DNA from: Pseudomonadota bacterium
GTDB taxonomy: Bacteria; Bdellovibrionota_B; Oligoflexia; Silvanigrellales; Silvanigrellaceae
DNA: 64,000 nucleotides
Direction of reading: 5' to 3'
Assembly (NCBI GenBank): GCA_039799905.1
Contig: JBDLRP010000021.1
Location: forward strand, 64,001 to 128,000
How positions within the stretch are numbered: the stretch's first letter is position 1; each line of letters starts with the position of its first letter. A program made the position numbers and the translations under genes. The notes under the pieces were generated by a model. The model had not been told where the DNA came from and did no database searches. It saw only the letters and a program-made list of their open reading frames with translations. Below, in pieces: positions 9,735-19,461 of the stretch.

Positions 9735-10550
9735 TCAGAACATCTTTTTGAGGCGGGCGTAAGCCTCGCGTTGGCGCGCAGGAACCTCCGCTCCCTGCGG
9801 TGAGACAAGAGCGCGGGCTGTATCAATTCGTTCTTGAGTCTGCGGATGCGTTTTGAGAATGCTCAACAGCCCAGAGTCCATGGCCAACCCATCAGAGGAT
9901 TTTTCGAACTCATTCATACGTTCAAAAAAAGCCTGCATACCGCTCAACGGTAATTTCGCTTCGCGCAGTAGTTCTGCACCTAGCGCATCTGCATCACGCT
10001 CGTGATCACGCGAAAATTTAAGGTTGAGCAATTGCCCGCCTGTTGATGCAATGTCGGCCAAAGTACCCATGTCGCCAAAGACCATGCTGACGGCCAATGA
10101 CGTACCGACCTGAGTCACCAGATTTTGCATCGAGTGACGTTGCACGACGTGGGCGATTTCGTGCGCAAGGACCGCAAGTATTTCCTCAGGCTGCTTTGAT
10201 ATCTGCAGCAATTTTGTCGTGACGAAAATACCACCGTGCGGAAATGCGTAAGCGTTGGGGACATTCGCCCTTGTAACCCTGATTTTCAGCTCAAGGGGGG
10301 AGAGGTTCACCCTGCTCAACAATGGCTGTGCAAGACTTGCTATCTCTTCGTGAGCTTCGGGTGGGACTGAATCTCCAATCGGGAAAGGGTTCTGCCCCTT
10401 TTCCGCCATGTCACCCAACTGTTTGTCGACGCTTCTTGGAATGAACGAAACCAGAGTGCGAGTTCCCGCCGTTCGCCAACGGTCGATGGACTCACACCCT
10501 GTCGCCAGCACGGAGGCCGAGATGAGAATAACCCTGAGGAGGTTAATCAT
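9735..10550 (-). CDS. M48 family metalloprotease lipoprotein
   Basis: Lipobox ATGC, PNAYAFP.G.I, HEIAH, FSR.HE.DAD, THP. Confidence 0.9.
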   Translation of the reverse strand: MINLLRVILISASVLATGCESIDRWRTAGTRTLVSFIPRSVDKQLGDMAEKGQNPFPIGDSVPPEAHEEIASLAQPLLSRVNLSPLELKIRVTRANVPNAYAFPHGGIFVTTKLLQISKQPEEILAVLAHEIAHVVQRHSMQNLVTQVGTSLAVSMVFGDMGTLADIASTGGQLLNLKFSRDHERDADALGAELLREAKLPLSGMQAFFERMNEFEKSSDGLAMDSGLLSILKTHPQTQERIDTARALVSPQGAEVPARQREAYARLKKMF

Positions 10551-11331
10551 GGTCTCCCATCAGGCTGCCGAGCAGACCTCCCGTTGTTTGTTCTGCGCCG
10601 CGGCCGGTTGTAATCACGGATGCAATTCGGTTTGCAAGACGCGCAAATGGAAGTGTCTGCAAAAAGACTCGGCCTGGCCCCCTGACTGTCGCAAACCAAA
10701 GCCCTTCACCACCAAACAATGCGTTTTTGAAACCGCCTACGAATTGAATGTCAAAGTCTACAGTAGACTCAAATCCAACGATGCATCCGGTATCGACACG
10801 AAGTGTTTGTCCTGGCTCAAGTCTGCGCTCGATGACAGTTCCGCCGGCATGAATGAATGCGAGTCCATCGCCAACGAGTTTTTGCAATATGAAACCCTCT
10901 CCGCCAAAAAGACCTGAGCCGATCTTTCTGTTGAAATGAATCGACACATCCGTGCCGCGTGCGGCACAAAGGAAACTATCTTTCTGCGAAATGAAACCAC
11001 CCTGATAAGTCGACAAATCAAGCGGAACGATTTTTCCAGGATATGGCGCAGCAAAGGCCACGTCCGCCCTCTGACCCGCCGTATTTTCAAAGTTGGTGAT
11101 GAAAAAACTCTCACCAGTCAGCATGCGGCCCGCGGCTTTCATCAGGTTTCCAAAGAAACCCTTGTTCTTGTCCATAGACATTGACGTCTGCATCGCAACG
11201 CCATCGGTCATGTACAGCATCATACCTGCTTCGGCGATCACAACCTCGGAAGGGTCGAGGGTGACAATCACCGCCTGCATATCGTCGCCTTCAATCCGGT
11301 AATCAATAACGTCTGAACGATTCGTGGACAT
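10543..11331 (-). CDS. AIM24/TIGR00266 family protein
   Basis: G.DMQ.V...L...E..IAE.G.M, TGESFF, two FGGEG repeats, LQTLPF; GGAGG RBS. Confidence 0.9.
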   Translation of the reverse strand: MSTNRSDVIDYRIEGDDMQAVIVTLDPSEVVIAEAGMMLYMTDGVAMQTSMSMDKNKGFFGNLMKAAGRMLTGESFFITNFENTAGQRADVAFAAPYPGKIVPLDLSTYQGGFISQKDSFLCAARGTDVSIHFNRKIGSGLFGGEGFILQKLVGDGLAFIHAGGTVIERRLEPGQTLRVDTGCIVGFESTVDFDIQFVGGFKNALFGGEGLWFATVRGPGRVFLQTLPFARLANRIASVITTGRGAEQTTGGLLGSLMGDHD

Positions 11332-11489
11332 AGAAAGACCTCCTGAATCGCGCACTGTAACTCAATTCGCGAGGAAGATAGACTGTCAATTTTTCAAAGG
11401 TTCTGTTCGAAAAAAGCGAGGAGCGAGTGCGCCACTAGATGCACTTTAATTAAGCACTAAGAAGATCGTTGGTTTTGGTAAAAAACAAA

Positions 11490-12458
11490 CTATTTGCGCG
11501 CGCATTCCCGCGGTTCAAGTCCATCTATATAAAATTCAACACCCTGGGCCCGTACATCAAAAACATAGTCGTTGAAATCAATTCCGCGTTCTTCACGAAG
11601 GGCAAAGTTACTCGGATTCGCCGCGACAGCATCAAGGTTCTCGCGTCTTTGGTCTTCAAAATAAACGCGAACCCAACGGCTCAGCGGCGCCGACGCAGAA
11701 TACGCGTCCATCTCCTGCTTGATTGCTGCGGTGCTGTCTTGAATACCAATGAGGGGATCGCGGCTCATAATGTTGTTGCGATCGTATGCCTTGAAGAACA
11801 CGGACGACGAAATCTCGCCAGAGCGACGATCGATGTCGACCGTTGCGTTGTAAGGTCCGTTGCAAGGCTGTCCGGCCCTGCATGCACCGGCGACAGGGAA
11901 ATAAGTTTGCACGCGCACTTCCATCCGGTTGCACACGCCCTTGTCCGCAAGAAATTCAACCACTGTGTTGAGAGGTGTGGTTTTGTTGCAGCCAACCTCT
12001 TTACTGTCGCTGGCAATGGTAACAACAAGACAATTCTTCCACCACGCCTCGTAGTTGAGCTGAGCGACACGCAATTGTACCGGCACTTTGTTGGGTGGAA
12101 TGCTTGGATTTTTGTTGATTGGTGGATCAAACGGAACTTTAGGCGGGACGGTGAGGACCGGTTTGCCACCGAGGCCCGGGACAGTCTCGGTGCTGCCGGG
12201 CTTTGGGGGGATCCCGCCCATGATCGGCGTGTTCTGCGGCAGAGGCTGTGGATTAACGATCTCAGGGGCTCTGCCACTGCTGTTTTGATTGTTGGGGTTG
12301 TTTGCTTCGTCGGGTGATTTTTGCACCGGGCCAGCGACCGTCGGAGCAGGACCAGCGGGGGCAGGCTGGCTGCCCTTGAACTTGGTTTTTTCGCATGCCG
12401 CAACCGTCACCGCGGCAACCGCAACAAGCAAAAATCCCTGATTGAGAAGTCTTTTCAT
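11490..12458 (-). CDS. Pro-rich lipoprotein with a C-terminal DUF4114-like motif
   Basis: Lipobox VAAC, Pro/Asn-rich linker, VYFEDQ...DFNDYVFDV. Confidence 0.65.
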   Translation of the reverse strand: MKRLLNQGFLLVAVAAVTVAACEKTKFKGSQPAPAGPAPTVAGPVQKSPDEANNPNNQNSSGRAPEIVNPQPLPQNTPIMGGIPPKPGSTETVPGLGGKPVLTVPPKVPFDPPINKNPSIPPNKVPVQLRVAQLNYEAWWKNCLVVTIASDSKEVGCNKTTPLNTVVEFLADKGVCNRMEVRVQTYFPVAGACRAGQPCNGPYNATVDIDRRSGEISSSVFFKAYDRNNIMSRDPLIGIQDSTAAIKQEMDAYSASAPLSRWVRVYFEDQRRENLDAVAANPSNFALREERGIDFNDYVFDVRAQGVEFYIDGLEPRECARK

Positions 12459-12498
12459 AGCTTGGCCCTCAAAACACTCAAGTGCATGCGCATAAAAT

Positions 12499-13539
12499 CT
12501 AATTTAGCGTATCTCCTCCCAAGGAAAAACCGCAGAGAGCCAAAACTAAAAATAGTGCAGGTAGGAAAAATGTCGCCATCGGGAACAAAAGACGCAAAGA
12601 GAGAAGTGCGGCTCTCTGAGCACTCTCAGCGCGAAAATCTTCAAAAGCCCCCTCGTGTTCGCGCGAAAGCCAATGCTCGGCTGATTGTGGAGAATAGAGC
12701 AACGAAGTTCGCACACTTTCCAGATAATGGAAGCTAGCGTGGTCCGAAGGGCAGAAGTTGGTGTCCGGAAGCGACATGGCACATGACAATCGACGGGCAA
12801 ATTCATCGCCCCTGACGCAACCCGAGTGGCGTGATGCAAAAATAAGACGCTCACGCTTCGTCCTCAACGTTGCCGCCGAAGCAATAAGGCTCTGAATGAA
12901 ATCAAGACGGCCGCCAGCATCGTTCAAGCCACGATGCTGGCGAACGAACCCGTGTGAGCGATCCATCAACATCAAAACCCCGGCAAGTCCCAAGAAGTAG
13001 AGCATCACGGCCACGGTAAGAATGATTCGACCCTGCGGCAGTTCAACGTTCGCAAGAAAACGCTCATGGCTGAATAAACAAAACAAAAGCGAAACCACAG
13101 GAACAAAACCTGACAGAAAAAGCGCTTGCACACGCGACTGTGCTGATTGCTGACGCATCCAGCGTTCTACCTGATAAAGATTCGAAAACGACTTCCTCCA
13201 GAAACGTACATCAAACGCAGTGAATTGAGGGGACAACAGGGTCGTCACACAGCCATGAACAATCTGTGTCAAAGAATCGAAGGAAACCAGCCGGAAGTTG
13301 GTCGGTACAGGATATTCGGCATCCGGAGTGATGTTCACTCGCTTACCAGGGGCAAGTGGCAGTGATGCAGTTCTCGCAATTTCCTTCAGTTGATTGGATT
13401 TTGAGTGTTTCAGACCCTGAATCAGAGCGGCGCGAGTGACACTCCGTCGGCTCAGGTAAACAGAAATCGACGAAAGAGCTGATGAAGCAACATTCCATTC
13501 GCAACTTCTGTAACGATTTCTGAAAACTGCCCTCATCAT
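12499..13539 (-). CDS. Tad inner-membrane platform protein, apparent TadB-TadC fusion (T2SSF-like)
   Basis: TadB-like tail (SAQSRVQALFL..P...PQGRIIL...LYFLG) followed by TadC-like tail (AQRAALLSLRLLFPMATFFLPALFLVL). Follows CpaF with an overlapping start/stop. Confidence 0.6.
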   Translation of the reverse strand: MMRAVFRNRYRSCEWNVASSALSSISVYLSRRSVTRAALIQGLKHSKSNQLKEIARTASLPLAPGKRVNITPDAEYPVPTNFRLVSFDSLTQIVHGCVTTLLSPQFTAFDVRFWRKSFSNLYQVERWMRQQSAQSRVQALFLSGFVPVVSLLFCLFSHERFLANVELPQGRIILTVAVMLYFLGLAGVLMLMDRSHGFVRQHRGLNDAGGRLDFIQSLIASAATLRTKRERLIFASRHSGCVRGDEFARRLSCAMSLPDTNFCPSDHASFHYLESVRTSLLYSPQSAEHWLSREHEGAFEDFRAESAQRAALLSLRLLFPMATFFLPALFLVLALCGFSLGGDTLN

Positions 13540-14876
13540 GCAAGACTCCCGACTTCGACGACTTCTGAGACATAGCTTTTGCGGATGGGACAACGCTGCA
13601 TAAAAATCACAGCATCAAAGGCGCTGCGTACGAGTCTGCGCGCCAATTCGAAACCCAGCGCAGGCTCTGCGCGCAAGACGAGCGCCTCCAACCTTTGCAG
13701 TGCTTCGATCGCCGAATTTGCATGGACAGTCGACAAAGAACCATGATGCCCCGTGTGAAGTGCCTGAATGAGGGCAAATGCCTCATTCCCGCGACATTCT
13801 CCAACCACTAGCCGGTCAGGCCTCATTCGCAATGCCTCACGCAATAGCCCCTCGAGATTGACCGAAGCTCCCGAATCTTGAGAGCTGGCTTCGAGAGTTT
13901 GCAGATACACAACGTTGTCCCGCTGAAGTCGTAGTTCGGCAACATCCTCTAAAATAAGCAAGCGTTCATCAGGTCGGATTTCTTCTGCGATTGCGCGCAA
14001 AAGAGTTGTCTTGCCGCTGCTCGTGGCGCCGGCAAGGAGAATATTTTTCTTTCCCTCAAGAAGATTATGCAATGCGGAAAAAAAATCGGCGCTCAACGAA
14101 CCCGAATTCAAAAAATCTTGCAAACGAAGCGACTGTGCTCGATGACAACGAATGCTGACATACGCTCCGGTGCGGGCAACCGGCGAAGCAACAACGTGAA
14201 CTCGTGCACCACAGGACAGGGTATAGTCGCAGCTGGCTCGGGGAGTGACCAATTCTCGGCCGGCATCTGCAGACGTCCGACACAACCACGCCCACAAATC
14301 GTCGGCCGACAAAAACGGGCTCTCGGACTGATGCAATCCCGTAGAACCCTCAAGCCAGCACTCCCGATACCCATTGAAAAGAATCTCATTAACAAACATT
14401 GACCGAGTCCAGACCGTCAGCGGACCCTCTGCGTAAAGATATGAGGAAATCATCATAAAACACGCAGCAAACCATTTAAGCCTCAGGAACAGCGGTCGCT
14501 GGGAATACTCGGGGGAAGCGAACACCAGATTCAAACGACCAATTAAAACTCCCGCGGGAATCATCCGCCGACTCTTAGCATCCAAGTCAAAAATTCCGTC
14601 CTGCATAAGCACATCGCTGACAACCTTTCTCAACTGCGGGTCTCTGTACGAGACAAATTCTGGAAGTAAAGAGCGAACTTCATCGCGCCCAAAATCAACG
14701 GGGCAATTCAGGCTGATGAGGCTGCTCAAGGAGGTATCGGACAAACCAAAGGAGAATTTGCGACTTCTGTTGAAGGTCACATCCGCACTTCCAATTCCGA
14801 AAACCGTCTCATAGCAATTGCTGACGGCAACAAAACACTGCCATGCGCTGGCGATCACCCATTCACGGGCTGCCAT
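13536..14876 (-). CDS. cpaF: CpaF/TadA pilus assembly ATPase (start uncertain; the ORF extends upstream into the pilin gene)
   Basis: Walker A GATSSGKTT, Asp box LEDVAEL, LRMRPDRLVVGECRG, His box HTGHHGSLSTVHANS. Confidence 0.88.
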   Translation of the reverse strand: MAAREWVIASAWQCFVAVSNCYETVFGIGSADVTFNRSRKFSFGLSDTSLSSLISLNCPVDFGRDEVRSLLPEFVSYRDPQLRKVVSDVLMQDGIFDLDAKSRRMIPAGVLIGRLNLVFASPEYSQRPLFLRLKWFAACFMMISSYLYAEGPLTVWTRSMFVNEILFNGYRECWLEGSTGLHQSESPFLSADDLWAWLCRTSADAGRELVTPRASCDYTLSCGARVHVVASPVARTGAYVSIRCHRAQSLRLQDFLNSGSLSADFFSALHNLLEGKKNILLAGATSSGKTTLLRAIAEEIRPDERLLILEDVAELRLQRDNVVYLQTLEASSQDSGASVNLEGLLREALRMRPDRLVVGECRGNEAFALIQALHTGHHGSLSTVHANSAIEALQRLEALVLRAEPALGFELARRLVRSAFDAVIFMQRCPIRKSYVSEVVEVGSLA

Positions 14877-14985
14877 AAATTCGCAAGGCTCATCAAAGAC
14901 AGAAGATCTTCCGAATGAAAAATCACTCGAAAGATCAATCCCGCGTTCCCAGAGAACACTTTTTCTGCCGTTATAAAGTCGAACT

Positions 14986-15273
14986 TTACCGCGCTGCACG
15001 ACTTCCCCCAGAGGGAGCAATCTCTTTTTCGCCAATCTCCATTCCGTCAACAAACTCCGCAGCTTTTCTCGCATCGTCGGCTTTTTGCTGCGACTGCCTC
15101 TCATAAGCACTGACTTCATTGGCACTGCGCCCTGAAATTGCTGCTCCCAACGATGCAATTTTTGATTTTAAAGCTGCGCCGAAAAGTGCAGTGACAGCTA
15201 TTGAAGCAACGGCAACGACACTCAGAAGAATTGCATACTCAGTCAAACCCTGACCACTCTCACATTTTTTCAT
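14986..15273 (-). CDS. Flp family type IVc pilin (long, 95 aa)
   Basis: G|QGLTEY prepilin/Flp motif followed by a hydrophobic helix; GGAGG RBS. Confidence 0.85.
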   Translation of the reverse strand: MKKCESGQGLTEYAILLSVVAVASIAVTALFGAALKSKIASLGAAISGRSANEVSAYERQSQQKADDARKAAEFVDGMEIGEKEIAPSGGSRAAR

Positions 15274-15436
15274 CTTTTCCTCCCATGCGTGACTCTTTGG
15301 CATACAAAAAAAACTTAGCAAATAGGGGAGATTCACCGGATCGATTTTCAGTCAAAATGCACAAAAATTCACTCGCACAGAAATCCCGGCTTCAAAAAAA
15401 ATCTCATCCAAGTCATGACACAACCGGAGAAAATTC

Positions 15437-17251
15437 ATGCGGACGAAATTCAAGAAATTGATTCAGGAAAATGTTGTGTTCGAGATGCTAATTCCAAGCA
15501 CCTTCTATGAACGCCTTATCGGCATACGGCTATTTTCGTACTTCCCCGCCCATTGCGGAATTCTCTTCAGGTCGCCTTGCACACTGCACACTTTCTCTTT
15601 GAAAGAGGACATATGGATGGCACCCCTCGACGAGGATCTCAATCCGAAGGGATGCGCCTTGCGCGTTGAACCCAACTCAATTGTGCACTGCAAAAATTCA
15701 CATTGGATCGCCGAATTTTCACGTAATCCAAACTTCTCCAATGCAGCAGAAAACCGCAATGAAAGCGGAAAGTATTTTCATGCAAGAAAAATTGAGGGTG
15801 TGGTCCCCGCGCAAATTTTCAGACTCACCAGACTTTTCTTTCTTCTCATTCTTCTTTCATTCTTCTCATCTCTTGCTCTTGCGTCACAAAGACCACTGAA
15901 GCTTCCAGTGGGCGAAACGAAAGAGGTCACTCTTGATGATGCACCCAAAAGTCTCGACATCTCACATCCGGATGTTATTGACGTACAGCGCATTGGATTG
16001 ACGAATAAAATTCTAATAACCGCACTGCGCAGCGGCAATGCCCGTTTGACGGCCCATTTTCACTCTGCAGGAAGCAAAACGTGGAATTTTCAGGTTGGCA
16101 TGGCAGGCTCGGACTTACCCGCCACACCAACTCTTTCTTCCGGTTCTCTCGTCCGTGTTGCCCGGGATCTGCAACGCCGCGCAGGTCTTGAAACGGTTCT
16201 AGACAATGGTCGTATTGTCATTCTTGGCCACCTACAAAACGACGCGCAGTTCCAGTCGATTGTCGAACTCTGCCTAGGGAGGGATGAATGCCTCCCAAGA
16301 TACACAGTCAGTCGGGAGGCAATTCAATTGCAAGCCCGATTTTTTCGCTCTTTATTTCAGGAAATCGGACACGTTGGACTTTCGGCAGAGGCTTCTGTTG
16401 TCGGGGTGAATGTCCGCGGCAGCACGGCGGGACCCGAGGACGCAGATAAGATTCGTCTTTTGCTCCGATCAGTTCTCAGCCGCTTTAACGAGACTATCGT
16501 CACCGACAAATCATCGGGCCATCTGATAGAAACCCAGCTCACATTTTTTCGTATAAATATCTCTCGACTGAATGCATTGGGCATCTCAACAGTCAGCAAA
16601 GAGCAGCCCGCAGGTAATGAATTTGCAAAGGGTATTATTCCAAACTTCATTAGCCAGTTCCGTACAGGCCCCAGCATTAGGCTTCAGTTTCCGGACGTGG
16701 TGGTGAATGCACTGACACAACATGGAGTTCTCAAGCAGGTCGCGCGACCGAGTCTTGTCGTAGCAAGCGGGGGCAAGGGTGAGATTCAGTCGGGTGGAGA
16801 ACTTCTATTTCAGACCACAGGCCAAAGCCAAAAATTCTTTTCCCAAAACTACGGACTCACTGTGACTCTGCAGCCAAATATAACTGGGACCGGAAGAATT
16901 TCCCAAAAAATCGATATCAAGTTGTCTAATCCCCAGTCACTGGCAAATCCTAATGCCATCTCCGCGATGCAACAGAGCGTCATGAGCACCGAGTTGAGCT
17001 CCCTTCCGGACGAGCAGATTCTGCTGACAAAGATTGATCTACAGATGAGCGGCAAGGCTGTTTCGAAGGTTCCAATTTTTGGTCATCTACCCATCATTGG
17101 TGAACTATTCAAAAACCGTGACCTACGCAGCGAAAACACGGAGCTGTGGATCGCAATGAAAAACAGCCTCGCTGTTTCACATGTTCCTGAAACGCAACAA
17201 GTCGAAAAAAAGACTGATCCCGCAACACCCGAAGCACACTGGCTGGACTGA
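15437..17251 (+). CDS. CpaC/RcpA-type secretin with an N-terminal DUF192-like domain
   Basis: T2SS/T3SS pil_N-like segment (L.LPVGE....L...PK...IS.PDV.DV) and secretin motifs (P.L...SG......GGE, YG..L...P.I, KVP.FG.LPIIGELFK, TEL). Confidence 0.8.
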   Translation: MRTKFKKLIQENVVFEMLIPSTFYERLIGIRLFSYFPAHCGILFRSPCTLHTFSLKEDIWMAPLDEDLNPKGCALRVEPNSIVHCKNSHWIAEFSRNPNFSNAAENRNESGKYFHARKIEGVVPAQIFRLTRLFFLLILLSFFSSLALASQRPLKLPVGETKEVTLDDAPKSLDISHPDVIDVQRIGLTNKILITALRSGNARLTAHFHSAGSKTWNFQVGMAGSDLPATPTLSSGSLVRVARDLQRRAGLETVLDNGRIVILGHLQNDAQFQSIVELCLGRDECLPRYTVSREAIQLQARFFRSLFQEIGHVGLSAEASVVGVNVRGSTAGPEDADKIRLLLRSVLSRFNETIVTDKSSGHLIETQLTFFRINISRLNALGISTVSKEQPAGNEFAKGIIPNFISQFRTGPSIRLQFPDVVVNALTQHGVLKQVARPSLVVASGGKGEIQSGGELLFQTTGQSQKFFSQNYGLTVTLQPNITGTGRISQKIDIKLSNPQSLANPNAISAMQQSVMSTELSSLPDEQILLTKIDLQMSGKAVSKVPIFGHLPIIGELFKNRDLRSENTELWIAMKNSLAVSHVPETQQVEKKTDPATPEAHWLD

Positions 17252-17253
17252 AA

Positions 17254-18012
17254 ATGAAACACCTCAGTCATAAACTCTCATTGCTGAAAGACACTATTTT
17301 TTGCGTATCTGTAAAGTTACTCAAGATTAGCTCTTGTCTTGAGCTTTGGTCTAAGGATTCTCCTCAAAGCATCGGCACACTGCCGCTGACACTCTCTGGT
17401 GGCTGGCAATTCGCAAGCTGCGGCTCCTACATTCGGATTGACTCACCTGACGGACAAATCATAACTCTTGTCAGCGATGAATTTACCATCGACGGTGCAC
17501 GTTACCGAATCAAACGTCGGGTGCAAATCAATCGCAAAGCACACGCCCTATTTTTTAAGACTAATTTATTCCGGAGTCACAAACGGACAGCACCCGGACT
17601 TGTCTTTGCCGCTCTTATCGCCGCAACATTCTCTTTCATTTTTTTAAAGCAATCATGGCGCTCTGAAATCAACTTGTCAGCAGATGCTAGAAATGAAGAA
17701 AAGCTCGATCAGAACAAAAACGAGATCTTCAGGGCACAGGCCAATCCAACGAGTTCAGCCAGTCAATTTTCGGGGTCTGCAGCGCCTTCTCCAGAAAGCT
17801 CTGAAAACAACCTCAAAGCAGGGGATGTTCCTCCCGAAAAATTTCCACGTGCAAAGGCGGTCAAGAGAAGGATGAACGAAAAAGACGCGCAAAGAAAAGA
17901 AAAAATTGACCCAGTTCACTGCACGCCAATCAAGCATATCTCTCAAAGTAAAATTCTTGAAAGACTGCAAGGCACCGCACACAACCGAAGAGGTTGGTAT
18001 GTCTGCCGCTGA
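17254..18012 (+). CDS. Hypothetical bitopic membrane protein of the Tad locus (beta-rich, possibly FHA-like N-terminus)
   Basis: Starts 2 nt after the secretin stop; one TM (LVFAALIAATFSFIFL) and a low-complexity tail. Confidence 0.55.
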   Translation: MKHLSHKLSLLKDTIFCVSVKLLKISSCLELWSKDSPQSIGTLPLTLSGGWQFASCGSYIRIDSPDGQIITLVSDEFTIDGARYRIKRRVQINRKAHALFFKTNLFRSHKRTAPGLVFAALIAATFSFIFLKQSWRSEINLSADARNEEKLDQNKNEIFRAQANPTSSASQFSGSAAPSPESSENNLKAGDVPPEKFPRAKAVKRRMNEKDAQRKEKIDPVHCTPIKHISQSKILERLQGTAHNRRGWYVCR

Positions 18013-18562
18013 ATTTACTGTCGCAGCGTCGGCTGCTCTGCTATGCCTGACCGCGGTGCATGAGTTGGCAAGGCTGCAACTTATCAGAAATTCCATCAAT
18101 CTTGTGGCTTCCTCGACCGCTGCTCAACACAGTTATCAAAGTCTGCGACACGTGCTGCAGGGCAGTTTTTCTCCTGAGAATGGTCAGCGTCGGTCTCAAT
18201 ATGAGAAACAAATTGAGCGCTCGGTTCTTCACGCCCTTGACGATCCGCTTTTGCGTTGGAGCTGGACCCATTCCTTCGAGAATTCTCGACCGGCATTCGG
18301 CGTCCGGGTTTGGTTGAATGGAGCAAGATTTGGAGATCTTGAACAACCCACGACCGTAAAGATCCAAGTTTGTCTTCGCAGCTGGCTGGAGCCAATTCTG
18401 GGTGCCCTCTCGGATAAAAGAAATTGTCTTGGCGAATTTTCTAGCACAGGCGATCATAGGCAAAGCCGCGGAATTTCAATTTCTGCCACATCGACCCGCA
18501 TGAAAAACATCTCTCTCGAGCCTTATTTCCGAGAAAAAAATTCGGAGGAAAAAACTCCCTGA
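17957..18562 (+). CDS. TadE/F-like pseudopilin
   Basis: G|MSAAEF prepilin motif (Glu at +5), hydrophobic helix, and a ...INLVASSTAA pattern like TadE. Confidence 0.6.
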   Translation: MKDCKAPHTTEEVGMSAAEFTVAASAALLCLTAVHELARLQLIRNSINLVASSTAAQHSYQSLRHVLQGSFSPENGQRRSQYEKQIERSVLHALDDPLLRWSWTHSFENSRPAFGVRVWLNGARFGDLEQPTTVKIQVCLRSWLEPILGALSDKRNCLGEFSSTGDHRQSRGISISATSTRMKNISLEPYFREKNSEEKTP

Positions 18563-19461
18563 TGGAAATCCTGTTAGACTTATCTTGTCAACGAAATTCA
18601 GCGCAGAATGGACAAATTCTTCCATTGGCCGCGGTCATTCTTGCCCTTCTCGCGGCGTTATTAATTGCCCTAACGCAATTCATTTTGAAGACCCAAAACA
18701 ACGTCGTAAGATGGGAAAATGAATTTCAAGGCTCATTGCTAACCTCCCAGGCGGTGGCAAACAAACTGAACGCCATAAGTACCAACAACCAACACATTGC
18801 TCTCACTCTCGAGCGCATCTTCTCTCTATATTTGAGCGGTACCGGGCATGCACTCGATCTCGCAGCAAGCACGCCTCTTTGGGAACGGAAACTGCCGGTG
18901 CCAATTCCCGAACGGGTGTACGCGGCGTTTGAGGCCGCACTCCCTGCTGCTCGGATTCAACTCTCGGCAATACAGTCAATGAACGACGTACTGCTCTCGC
19001 AAATTCCGCAGCAAGTTAGAGAGCGTCTGACGCGCGCATCGATCAGTGAGTCATTGTGCCGAGTTGCATCGTCACCGGACTCTTTACCGTCCGCCAACAA
19101 CTGCCGTTACCGTCTGACAATGAGCATGCTTGGGTTTCCTCAGCTGCGAACTATTTCGGGTGATTTGTTATTTACATCGGCCCTGAAACAAAACCATGGC
19201 TTCGTTCTCATTCAGATCTCGGATAATGTTTTGCTAAAAAAAGGCTTGTTCGGCGCGCGACTGGGCAGCTCGGAGAATCCCTTTCCCCGACAGAGCATAG
19301 CACTCACTCATGCTCGCTTTTGCCACAAAAAAGCCGACTTCAGGCTCGTGAAACATTGTCCAAAAACGAAACTTCCAAAGGGTTTTCCTGACCGGCTCTC
19401 CCACTCAGGGAACGTCATATCTTTCGAGCCGAATTGGAGTGTGCTCGTTGATGAAAATTGA
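18562..19461 (+). CDS. TadG-like pseudopilin
   Basis: NG|QILPLAAVILALLAALL N-terminus typical of Tad-domain proteins; translationally coupled. Confidence 0.6.
   Translation: MEILLDLSCQRNSAQNGQILPLAAVILALLAALLIALTQFILKTQNNVVRWENEFQGSLLTSQAVANKLNAISTNNQHIALTLERIFSLYLSGTGHALDLAASTPLWERKLPVPIPERVYAAFEAALPAARIQLSAIQSMNDVLLSQIPQQVRERLTRASISESLCRVASSPDSLPSANNCRYRLTMSMLGFPQLRTISGDLLFTSALKQNHGFVLIQISDNVLLKKGLFGARLGSSENPFPRQSIALTHARFCHKKADFRLVKHCPKTKLPKGFPDRLSHSGNVISFEPNWSVLVDEN

Noticed and set aside
14877..15158. 5' extension of the CpaF ORF
   Set aside because: It overlaps the Flp pilin gene in another frame, so the true start is probably downstream; the exact position is unresolved.
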